Notes under the pieces: generated by a model
The model's input: the letters and a program-made list of their open reading frames with translations, nothing else
Databases searched by the model: none
Told to the model about the DNA's origin: nothing
Assembly (NCBI GenBank): GCA_048881705.1
Contig: JBHLSH010000023.1
Span: 1 to 45,237 of the forward strand
Direction of reading: 5' to 3'
DNA: 45,237 bases
Source of the DNA: Candidatus Heimdallarchaeota archaeon
GTDB lineage: Archaea; Asgardarchaeota; Heimdallarchaeia; Hodarchaeales; Hodarchaeaceae
Program-made: the position numbers and the translations under genes
Shown here: positions 17,439 to 26,532 of the stretch, in pieces
Numbering within the stretch: position 1 is the stretch's first letter
How the letters are laid out: the number at the start of each line of letters is the position of its first letter

Positions 17439-18179
17439 ATGGGAGAGAGAGATAAAGGAGATGGTATTTCAGGTAGATCGTACGTAGATCGCCCTGATCG
17501 ATCTTCTTGGTTGGACAAAGCAATGGCAAATCGAAAATGGCACATAATAACGGCTATTCTTGTTTACACAATATATTTGGTTATATATTGGGCTGTAGAT
17601 ACCAATATCCCAGACTTGGGACTGACAGACATTTCTCCGTTATGGATGACTCTTGGCTTTTTGATGGGATTGATCGGAGCGGAAGCCCCTGATTGGGATT
17701 TGCTCATCAACTGGATGCACCATAGGGATATTACTACGCATAGCATATTCATTCCGATTGGAATAACAGCGATTTTTTTCTACCAAAAGTTCGCGGATCC
17801 TTCAGATCCAACCTTAGCTCCGCTTGCACTTGTATTTACACCCTTTCTCGTGGGTTTTGCTTCGCATCTGTTGCTGGATCTTTTCCCTAGTGTAGATCCC
17901 GAAAAAGAAGTTAAGGAAAAAGGAATTACTAAAACTACCGCCACGCTGCTTGGAGGATTTGTATCTGGTTTAACAGGGATTGAAACTATTAAGGCGTTAC
18001 AGGGGACCTATTTGATACATTTACCTTTCAAATTGCCAGTTAAAAGCGAAAAGAAGGATAAGTTTATAGAAATAAGAAGAACTTTCCCACTCCACACATC
18101 ACGATGGTGGTTGTTCTTTAATGGTCTCATATCTGGTGTGTTAGGTATCGCTCTTCTGGTATTCATGGTAATTTTGTGA
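17439..18179 (+). CDS. Membrane-bound metal-dependent hydrolase (YdjM-like)
   Basis: H..., APDWDL, HRDITTHS and SHLLLD motifs within TM segments. Confidence 0.75.
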   Translation: MGERDKGDGISGRSYVDRPDRSSWLDKAMANRKWHIITAILVYTIYLVIYWAVDTNIPDLGLTDISPLWMTLGFLMGLIGAEAPDWDLLINWMHHRDITTHSIFIPIGITAIFFYQKFADPSDPTLAPLALVFTPFLVGFASHLLLDLFPSVDPEKEVKEKGITKTTATLLGGFVSGLTGIETIKALQGTYLIHLPFKLPVKSEKKDKFIEIRRTFPLHTSRWWLFFNGLISGVLGIALLVFMVIL

Positions 18180-18191
18180 TCAATCGTGGGC

Positions 18192-19547
18192 CTAAACGAT
18201 CCTTTCTTCCTCTTTAATCGCCATAGAGAATTTTTCCAGAATCATTTCCGCTTCTTCCTCGGTTATCCGAAACCAAGGAAGTAACCGAATGGCGCTTCTA
18301 CCTGACCCAAGGGTCCATAGATGTTGTTTTTGAACTAGGTTTTTGAGTATACGACGTCGCAACTCTGTAGCATGTGTTTTGGAAACCTTATCCTTAACGA
18401 TTTCAATACCGATCATTAATCCAAGTCCCCTGACATCCCCGATGACCGATGACTCTTCCTGAAGATCTTGTAGCCCTTTCATTAGATAAGTACCCATTTT
18501 TTCATTGGAGGACAGCCTTTTTTCGATTTCTTTTAACATGAACAAGCTAACCAATGCTTGAAATGGTTCTGCAGAGACAGTTTGGGAATGTCGCGAACTT
18601 CGTGTGAATAAACCAGGTTGATCGGCCTTGCCTATGGTTGCGCCGAGCGCATACCCGCCGCCTAAGGCTTTCGCGGTTGCAATGAAATCAGGAATGGTTT
18701 CATGATGTTCAATCGCCCACCATTTTCCCGTCCGACCAAGGCCTGATTGAACCTCATCAGCAATCATATAGGCCCTATAATCGTCTGCGATTTTTCGAAC
18801 CGCCTTTACAAAATTACTGTTTGGCACAATGAGCCCGCCTTCCCCTGCCAAGGGCTCCATAATGATACCAGCAAAATCTGTGGCCTCATATTTCAACATA
18901 TCATCAATTTGGCTATAATAACTCTCTACCGTTCCTTCAGTGTCATCGTATTTGCTCCGATAGGGGTAATGGTACGGAATTCGGACAACATCCACACCTT
19001 GAGGATAATGATTTTTGTGTAAGTGATTCGATGCTGTGACGGCGAGAGCGTATCCTGTCCGGCCGTGAAAAGCAGGCCGAAATGCTAGAAAACGAGAACG
19101 ACCCGTTAAGTCCATGGCAGCCTTCATAGCCCCTTCAACGGCTCTTCCGCCTGAAGTAGTAAAAACAACCCGTTTGGAATGGGCGCCCGGAGCGATGCTC
19201 GCAAGACGTTCTGCAAGAAGGACATGCGGGATGTTATCAAAGTCCATCCCGGGAAGTTCTCGTGGAATATCAAGAAGTTTGGCTTCGAATTCCTTGAGCT
19301 CCGGAGGGCGAAAGCCAAGGGGACGAACTGCAACTCCAGAGGTCAGGTCATAATATTGAGTGCCTTCTAAGTCGCGTAGCCACGGCCCTGGTCCACATTG
19401 AGTATGATCAATAACCGGAAAAATCTCTCTGTCTTGAGTTGTAATGGCTAATGCTTTTTGACTGCGTTCAATCCAATACTTCGAGCTATTAACATTAGGC
19501 ATATCGTCGACTAGGGATTTTAAGAGGTCTAAATGAGACGGATCCAT
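18192..19547 (-). CDS. Class III PLP aminotransferase (4-aminobutyrate/ornithine aminotransferase family)
   Basis: TTSGGRAVEGAMK, AFHGRT, EPLAGEGG, ADEVQSGLGRTG, ATAKALGGG, GDVRGLGLMIG. Confidence 0.92.
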   Translation of the reverse strand: MDPSHLDLLKSLVDDMPNVNSSKYWIERSQKALAITTQDREIFPVIDHTQCGPGPWLRDLEGTQYYDLTSGVAVRPLGFRPPELKEFEAKLLDIPRELPGMDFDNIPHVLLAERLASIAPGAHSKRVVFTTSGGRAVEGAMKAAMDLTGRSRFLAFRPAFHGRTGYALAVTASNHLHKNHYPQGVDVVRIPYHYPYRSKYDDTEGTVESYYSQIDDMLKYEATDFAGIIMEPLAGEGGLIVPNSNFVKAVRKIADDYRAYMIADEVQSGLGRTGKWWAIEHHETIPDFIATAKALGGGYALGATIGKADQPGLFTRSSRHSQTVSAEPFQALVSLFMLKEIEKRLSSNEKMGTYLMKGLQDLQEESSVIGDVRGLGLMIGIEIVKDKVSKTHATELRRRILKNLVQKQHLWTLGSGRSAIRLLPWFRITEEEAEMILEKFSMAIKEEERIV

Positions 19548-19574
19548 TTATTACTCACCTCTGTCAAATAAGGC

Positions 19575-19626
19575 TTGCAGTTGACAAACATTGACTGCAA
19601 TATAAAAACACTGTTCTATACTGCAA
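19575..19626. promoter_or_regulatory. Palindromic operator candidate beside a TATA box upstream of the aminotransferase
   Basis: TTGCAGT-N12-ACTGCAA (19575-19600) abuts TATAAAAA (19601-19608; TTTTTATA on the minus strand); a third ACTGCAA half-site lies at 19620-19626. Confidence 0.5.
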
Positions 19627-19888
19627 GCGTTCTATGATTCTACTGGTATTTTTCAAGTAGATTTATAAACTGGAATTGAATCTCACCAAAAGAAGCTTTG
19701 TTTAAAACAAGACGGATCGATATTCAATCCTTCCGTCCCCATAATCCCATTATAAAGGGTGAAAATCCTTTACGGACGAATTGGGAGTCTAACAAGGGTT
19801 GCTTAAACCAAATCGTTTGGCTAGAGATTTTGAAGCGAAAAATTCAACACATCAATCTGTCATTTTACAATCAAAAGATCCGATCAGT

Positions 19889-20576
19889 TCAACTCGAACC
19901 CAGTATAACGAAAAATGCTATAATACTAACTAATGCTATTATTAGCCCCTTTATAAAATATTCATGTTTCCTGTGGAGTATAGGATAGATTTTTTTCAGT
20001 ATGGAATAATCTTTCTGTTCGATAGCCTCGGTTAATTGCTTGCTGCTTCCACCCTTAGGACAAGAGGCATCATCTGAAGAAACAAGATCCCTAAGTGCCT
20101 TGTTACATTTTGCGCATTTGAAAACTTCTCTTTTTTCCTTCGCATTGAATGGTAGATTAACTGAGATTAGGTAAGCTGGAAAACTGATTGCGACAATAAG
20201 CAAATATAAAATACCAATGAGCAAAATTAATGTACCAAACAAGGCCGCAGGGATCATTAAAATACAGAGAATGATTGTTTGACCCCAATTTGTTTCTTTT
20301 TTGCCTTCTTTGGCCTCGCTGCATTCTTGAGGGTAGATATCTGTTTGAAAATGATAATAGTTTGTAAAGAAGTGTGGTCGAAACATTCCGATATAAGGAA
20401 CAATCCATCCTACAAAAGCGTCTCCCAAAATAAATGGAAGGTCGTTGATTCCAGAAAAAACGCCTGTTAAGAACGCTATCGCCAGCAGGATGTTCAAAAA
20501 ATAGATTGACAATAGACGAGTGTAAAGCCAAAAAACGAATTCCAGAGAGTGGAGGCGGATTTGGCGGTTGAATCAT
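19889..20576 (-). pseudogene. Membrane protein with a Zn-finger-like segment, apparently frameshifted
   Basis: ORF 19889-20512 has only a TTG start. Removing one base of the A6 run at 20530-20535 joins ATG 20576 in frame (MIQPPNPPPLSGIRFWLYTRLLSIYFL...). CAKC...CPKG motif. Confidence 0.55.
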
Positions 20577-20883
20577 AATAACCCAAGATTCTTCATACCC
20601 CTTCGAAGATTATTTTGCATTAGGTCTCAAATTTACTTAAACACATTTCGGCCCTCACCACAAAAAAACTCTCTAACACAACTAGATCTATGTGATGGAA
20701 ATTATAGATCGTTTAACCCTTTTCACCGGATCGGAGTCTTGTCATGGGATAATTGTGGACAGACCTAGAAAGAAGTGTAACGCCAGACTTTTACGGGAAA
20801 AGGACCCAAAATGTATGCTCTTACGGATTGTACACTAGAACAAGTGAGCATCTACTTAATGATTTTATAAATTGGACCTGAGT

Positions 20884-21351
20884 TCAATCTCTATCCAGAT
20901 TTAAAATTTGTGAGTTTTTTACATTTCTAAGAATAATAGATGTATAGGTCTTTTTGACCCCAGGAATAGATGAAATCCTCTTTTCAACGACATCATGAAG
21001 ATTTTCTATCGAAGTAGCGTACCCCATGCAAAAAATGTCATGGATCCCGGTAGTGATTCTGATTACATGGATTTCCTCGATCCTCTCAAGTTCTGGAAGA
21101 ATGGTTTCCATTGCGTTGACATCCACGTCTACTTCAGTAATAAACTCTATCGAAGCTCCTATCGTTTCTGGATTCAAGTCTACCCTAAAACGTTTAATAA
21201 CCCCCTTTTTCTTAAGTTTATCGATTCGGTCTGATATAGTTTGTGACGTTAGATTTAAGGTCTTGGCAAGGATAGTATAGCGTATCCGCCCATCTTTACT
21301 CATCCAGCGGATGATTTCTCGATCAATCTTATCTAATGTTATCTCACGCAC
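20884..21351 (-). CDS. Lrp/AsnC family transcriptional regulator
   Basis: LDKIDREIIRWMSKDGRIRYTILAKTLNLTSQTISDRIDKLKKKGVI, plus a RAM-domain ITTGIHDI..IPGVKKTYTSII. Confidence 0.93.
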   Translation of the reverse strand: MREITLDKIDREIIRWMSKDGRIRYTILAKTLNLTSQTISDRIDKLKKKGVIKRFRVDLNPETIGASIEFITEVDVDVNAMETILPELERIEEIHVIRITTGIHDIFCMGYATSIENLHDVVEKRISSIPGVKKTYTSIILRNVKNSQILNLDRD

Positions 21352-21419
21352 TCTTGAATTTTCCCCCTTTTGAGTTTTTCAAAAAGGTTGAAAACAATTT
21401 ATCTCCTCAAATTGGGGAT

Positions 21420-22238
21420 TTAGGTTGGTTCTTGTCTATTGATACGCCATAGGAACCAATATCTGTGCGCAATACTAGCGGGAAGAAGGGCAGGTAGTAA
21501 TACAATAAACGATAGAACCACCAGGGAATTAATTTGGATAGAAAGAACTTGAATCATAATCCAAATCCCTGCCGCGAAGATAAAGTACACCGCGATAAAT
21601 GCAATATAATCTGAGATTGTCTCAAATGCCCCTTTTGCAAAACCGAAAAGCCCGTCCACCACGAGGACAAGGATTTCCCAGAATCCCAACAGAATCAGAT
21701 AGACAAATTCCGCAAAACCTCTGCCAATAGCTATTGCGGTCGTGGTTCCGCCCTTGATTACTAATCTAGCTCCTGCGATTAAAGAATCCACACCCAGATA
21801 GGCACCGGGGATAGCAATCAGGATAGCGTACAGGAGGAGGAGAATGAGAGCAAAGAGTTCATCGAAGTTCGTTATAATGATTAATAGGCCCATTAGAGCA
21901 GCTGCAGGTGCGATAAGAATCGAAAAACTAACTAATCCATCAATCCCTGGATTTATTTCATTTCTATCAGGATTTCGTGCGAAAAATTGAACTGTGCGAT
22001 TCGCTTGTGTATAGGTCTTCGCTGGTCTAGCTCGAGTTGTGAATTCGACGTATTTTTCATTCTTTGGCCTCTTAAGAGGTTCTACCACGACGTTTCCAAT
22101 GTCAAATTCCTTAAACTCATCTCGAGCAATCTTTCCAGCTTTTCTGATTTCTCTGTCAATAATATTTCCAGCCTCAACAATTTTTTTTCCAAGGGTTCTT
22201 CCAAGTTTCTTGGATTTGCTCTCTTTCTTATCAGACAT
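21420..22238 (-). CDS. Hypothetical membrane protein
   Basis: Charged N-terminal region then about 5 hydrophobic segments; ATG 22238 preferred. Confidence 0.7.
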   Translation of the reverse strand: MSDKKESKSKKLGRTLGKKIVEAGNIIDREIRKAGKIARDEFKEFDIGNVVVEPLKRPKNEKYVEFTTRARPAKTYTQANRTVQFFARNPDRNEINPGIDGLVSFSILIAPAAALMGLLIIITNFDELFALILLLLYAILIAIPGAYLGVDSLIAGARLVIKGGTTTAIAIGRGFAEFVYLILLGFWEILVLVVDGLFGFAKGAFETISDYIAFIAVYFIFAAGIWIMIQVLSIQINSLVVLSFIVLLPALLPASIAHRYWFLWRINRQEPT

Positions 22239-22327
22239 TCTCAGAAATCTCCACAAAGGCTAATGGGACATTCAGCTAGGAGTCCTTTTTTAAATTCTTG
22301 TATCATCACCTAGATAGGAATTGACTG

Positions 22328-23062
22328 ATGAATAATCACCAGATTTCCGCTCCTAATCATTCGATTATCGAGAAACGTATTCCTGATATTATAAATGATC
22401 TTATAGAGTGGTTCAGGCTCTATGGACGAGATCTACCATGGAGACATACTCGGGATCCATATCAAATTCTTATCAGTGAAATCATGCTGCAACAAACTAA
22501 CGTAGATTTAGTTATTCCGATATATAAGAGATTTTTAAAGAAATTTCCAACGATCCAAAGTCTGGCGAGGAGCAAAATCAGCCGCATTCGTGCAATCACG
22601 GATCAACTTGGTTATAAACGTCGGGGATTATATCTTCAACAGATAGCACGGCAGATTGTCTCTGAAAAAGGAGGGATTATCCCCAACACCTTAGAGGGCC
22701 TGATAAGTCTGAAGGGAATCGGGAGATATACTGCAGGCGCAATTCTAAGTTTTGCTTATGAACTCCAAGACAAAGCTGCAGCAATTGTAGACGTAAACGT
22801 AGAACGGATTATTATCAGGCTTTTTGCCTTGTGGAATCGAGAAAAAAACGCTGCCTTGGAAAAAGAGATTTGGATGATTGCTGAGAACATCACTGTTAGT
22901 TCGAAGGATTCTTGGACAATAAACCAAGGATTATTAGATCTTGGCGCCACGATATGCGTTTCCCAGAAACCAAAATGTCATATCTGTCCCATAAGAACCT
23001 TTTGTGAATATTATATACAGATAATTCCAAAGCTGGTTCCGCTGGAATCATTCTTCTCTTGA
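22328..23062 (+). CDS. mutY: A/G-specific adenine DNA glycosylase (HhH-GPD, 4Fe-4S), short form
   Basis: WF..GRDLPWR..DPYQILISEIMLQQT, LKGIGRYTAGAI, VDVNVER, C-x6-C-x2-C-x5-C; no C-terminal Nudix-like domain. Confidence 0.88.
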   Translation: MNNHQISAPNHSIIEKRIPDIINDLIEWFRLYGRDLPWRHTRDPYQILISEIMLQQTNVDLVIPIYKRFLKKFPTIQSLARSKISRIRAITDQLGYKRRGLYLQQIARQIVSEKGGIIPNTLEGLISLKGIGRYTAGAILSFAYELQDKAAAIVDVNVERIIIRLFALWNREKNAALEKEIWMIAENITVSSKDSWTINQGLLDLGATICVSQKPKCHICPIRTFCEYYIQIIPKLVPLESFFS

Positions 23063-23163
23063 ATAAGTTCTGTTCAATCCGCATTAAGTTGAGGAAAACG
23101 ATGAGAAAAGGTTTGAATTATCCTGGTTAAATAAATCAAAAAGAAGTAGATAGAGGAAAGATC

Positions 23164-25713
23164 TTGATTTCACATTCTACAAGGAAGGATTTAGGTACGT
23201 TTTCTCCTCTTTATTCCTCCTTAACCAAGGAATTATATCCATTGATTCGAAATTTTCTCATAAAACTCCTTCGCCATGATTATTTTGGCGAAAAATTATC
23301 CCTTTCAATCAAAAAAGTTCTGTTAGTGGAGCATGAAACAGCTTTTTCAGAAAAAAGAATTGCATCACTAAGTAACGTGATCGTTGCTTTATACCATGAT
23401 AAAATCCTGATTAGTCTTTTATTGGGTCAGAACCATAAGATCTTATCTTCAATTTTAGAAAATCTGAAGTATTCGATGGACAACAAGGCAACCAATAAAG
23501 AAAACGAGTCTGATGGTTGCATCAACCACTTGAAAACCTATTTTAGAAAAGCAGAGCGCCTGTCTTCCCGATTCCCAATAATGAATAGAAAGAAATTTCC
23601 ACTTAATGCCCTGGAAGACATTTTACTAGACAATAAATCAATATCGTGGGTGCTTTCTAGGAATCTTTTGCTGTATTCATCAGGGGATCCAGATTCCAGG
23701 CGTCTCCATATGATATTGCCCTATGTTTTCGAATTCATGTTACCTCAGAGTATCAAACAATCGGAAGGCCAGGTGTTTACGCCAATTTCGGTTGCTGACT
23801 TTCTGTGTAAAACGCTGATCACGGGTGAAGTAGATCGAATAATTGATCCAGCATGCGGAACTGGGGTTTTGTTACTTCGTACCTTGAATAATCTGATTCA
23901 AAGAGAATTGATTCCATCGCGGATAACTTTTATCGGAATAGAGAAAGATCCAATGCTCGGAATGATTGCAAAAAGCGCACTGACTTATATCTCTCTAGTA
24001 CGTTCTTTTCCAGCCAATCTAAAGGTAATGATTACAGATTTCTTTGATCTTACTAATGAATCATCTGATTTCAATTCAAATTCTAACGATAAAACGGTTT
24101 TTCTGGCTAATCCTCCGTACACCCGTCAAGAACTCCTAACTGATGACTATAAAAGACGTCTTTGGAGAAGAATGAATGCAAACCGTGAATATCTCCAACT
24201 TCCTCAAGCAAAACAGAATTTATTGGGCCGTGCCAGCATATATGTTTATTTTATTATTCACCTTACCACTTTTTTAAAGCCAAAGGATAAATTGGGATTG
24301 ATCGTCCCAAACTCATGGTTAGATGTCAGGTATGGCGAAATTCTAAAAACCTGTTTTTTGACCTATTATCACATTGGATTCTTGCTGAATTGTCGTCTAG
24401 AAAAGCTAATCCCTGAAGTTGAAGTTAACACAATCATAATGAACCTCAGTAGAATAGATCCAAACCTTGATAGAAATTTAGAACCAGTAAAATTTGTATC
24501 GATCAATACCAGAGTGGACCTTGAGAGCTATCAGGAGGTAAAAAGTAAACAGGTTAGCTCCAGTTTAATCGATTTAGAGGAATTGGTTAACGCGCCCAAG
24601 TGGAGTATTTTCTTTCGTCAAATTCCTAATTTTAGGGGACTGCTGACGAAGGTTAATAACACCCTGATATCCTTGGGGGAAATCACTTCTATTAAACGGG
24701 GTTTTACAAGTGGTGCAAATGCATTTTTTTATCTTCCGAAACCAGGAAAAGCGAATGCCATTTTTCGGGCTTCGCTGGATACATCTAATGGAGATCTACG
24801 TTTACACCTAAAGGATGATTCGATTAAAAAGGAATTTTTTGATCAGGGTTTTCAATTTAAAGACCCCATGTTTGTAATAGAAAGAGAATATTGGATGAAT
24901 ATGGTAAAAGAAGATTCTGAAGAGTTTTTTTACGAATATCAACATCTCGCTAGTAATGGACAGAGATGGATCCCGAATTATCTCATTAAATCACCCCGTC
25001 AAATCAAATCATATGAAATACTAGAAAAGGATGTAAACCATGTCGTTTTGGTAATCAATAGTGGGAATGGAGAGAGATTAAAGCCAGGGGTTTCTGAATA
25101 TATTCATTGGGGAGAGAATTGGGAACCTGCCGTTGGAAAAAAATATCCTCTGCGCCCTACGTGCAAATCGCGAAGAAATTGGTACGAACTTCCAGTAATA
25201 GATCCTTCACAGTTCAGATTCCTCTGTTTAATGACCATGAATGATCGATTTCCATTCTTTGATAATCCACGCGGCTTTAGATGTGATGCTCGGTTTTATG
25301 GTATCCAATTTAACAAAGATCTTCCAGCCCGGATTTTATCGATATATCTACTAATGCTAAATTCGAGCTTTTCTGCATTTCAGATAGAGCTTTTGGGGAG
25401 GAACAATTTGGGAGAAGGGGGGTTGGATATCAAAGTATATGAATATTCGCTTCTAAAGGTACCTGAAATTGAAAGAATCCAAATATATGGCACAGCGATC
25501 AAGCGGTCAACTTTGGTTGAATTGATAAAAAATTTCTATGGCACCTCACCTTTCATCCTGAGTTCCAAGAAGCAAGGTCAAGTCTTAGAGGGTATTAATG
25601 GTTTTATGGCCAGGCTTTTTGGGGTAGACGTGGATGTTATTACTAAAGTTCATCTGGAGCTTCAGAGGATGGTGAAAATGCGTCTTCTCAAGGCTCGATC
25701 TTTAACTAGGTAG
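23164..25713 (+). CDS. N6-adenine DNA methyltransferase (Eco57I/TaqI-like gamma class with TRD), apparently orphan
   Basis: GQVFTP, IIDPACGTGVLL (motif I), LANPPY (motif IV), GLIVPNSWL, IKRGFTSGANAFF; no neighbouring nuclease recognised. Confidence 0.87.
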   Translation: MISHSTRKDLGTFSPLYSSLTKELYPLIRNFLIKLLRHDYFGEKLSLSIKKVLLVEHETAFSEKRIASLSNVIVALYHDKILISLLLGQNHKILSSILENLKYSMDNKATNKENESDGCINHLKTYFRKAERLSSRFPIMNRKKFPLNALEDILLDNKSISWVLSRNLLLYSSGDPDSRRLHMILPYVFEFMLPQSIKQSEGQVFTPISVADFLCKTLITGEVDRIIDPACGTGVLLLRTLNNLIQRELIPSRITFIGIEKDPMLGMIAKSALTYISLVRSFPANLKVMITDFFDLTNESSDFNSNSNDKTVFLANPPYTRQELLTDDYKRRLWRRMNANREYLQLPQAKQNLLGRASIYVYFIIHLTTFLKPKDKLGLIVPNSWLDVRYGEILKTCFLTYYHIGFLLNCRLEKLIPEVEVNTIIMNLSRIDPNLDRNLEPVKFVSINTRVDLESYQEVKSKQVSSSLIDLEELVNAPKWSIFFRQIPNFRGLLTKVNNTLISLGEITSIKRGFTSGANAFFYLPKPGKANAIFRASLDTSNGDLRLHLKDDSIKKEFFDQGFQFKDPMFVIEREYWMNMVKEDSEEFFYEYQHLASNGQRWIPNYLIKSPRQIKSYEILEKDVNHVVLVINSGNGERLKPGVSEYIHWGENWEPAVGKKYPLRPTCKSRRNWYELPVIDPSQFRFLCLMTMNDRFPFFDNPRGFRCDARFYGIQFNKDLPARILSIYLLMLNSSFSAFQIELLGRNNLGEGGLDIKVYEYSLLKVPEIERIQIYGTAIKRSTLVELIKNFYGTSPFILSSKKQGQVLEGINGFMARLFGVDVDVITKVHLELQRMVKMRLLKARSLTR

Positions 25714-25723
25714 GACGTCTCCC

Positions 25724-25984
25724 CTAATACACTAGGTCGCTTTTTTTGGTTTTCCGAATGAATTTGTTAATAACGATAAGCCAGATAAAACAGAGGACTC
25801 CCATTCCTATAAATAGCATTTGAATAAGCTGTTTGAACCATGTGGCATCTTCAAAGCCAGCTGGTGCCATAGGTAGTTGATCGGGAATAAACAATGGAAA
25901 AAAAATACCTGCCAAAATCAGGATGAGAGCTATTAACGTAGCAAGAATCTCAGCTCTATATTTCTCTAATAGATTTAATGACAT
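25724..25984 (-). CDS. Small two-TM membrane protein
   Basis: 86 aa with two hydrophobic helices and a basic tail. Confidence 0.65.
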   Translation of the reverse strand: MSLNLLEKYRAEILATLIALILILAGIFFPLFIPDQLPMAPAGFEDATWFKQLIQMLFIGMGVLCFIWLIVINKFIRKTKKSDLVY

Positions 25985-26184
25985 TTGTTGAAAGCCTCGT
26001 TATTCCATTGCTCGAAGATAGGAAAATCATAGAATTGTATAGTGCCTACATATCGCTGGTTTCGTCTGCACTTGCTCACTGATTTTATCTGTTCGTATTT
26101 AGTGATGACATAAATCTCTTTTTTAAGATTATATCCTAATACCATTAACTGAACCTTTATTGTCGGAATGTTTGCGAAAATCAT
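25975..26184 (-). CDS. Small hypothetical protein
   Basis: Fills the gap and overlaps the next start by 10 nt; no recognisable motif. Confidence 0.35.
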   Translation of the reverse strand: MIFANIPTIKVQLMVLGYNLKKEIYVITKYEQIKSVSKCRRNQRYVGTIQFYDFPIFEQWNNEAFNKCH

Positions 26185-26532
26185 GGTCGGTTTTCTTGAG
26201 ACCGATTTCGCTATTATAAACAACACCAATGGCCTTTATAAAATCCGATTTTAACCAACTATCTTTATAAATATTTGAAGACCTATCTTTAAAAGCGAAG
26301 TGGGTTCGGGAATCTAAGCATAAATTTATAAGTCGTTCATTGCCTCAATATTTCGTTGCATATCCCGTAACGGGCGGAATTAATTTAGGTTTTCTCTTAG
26401 TACCAGATGTTCCAGATGATTTTATAGCGAATGGGAACATAAAAAGAGAAAATATCAGAGAGATCAACATCAGGAATCATCCAGGTCAGCCAGTTTTTAA
26501 TAAGTTTAAATTCAAATACCGGGAAGATCATA

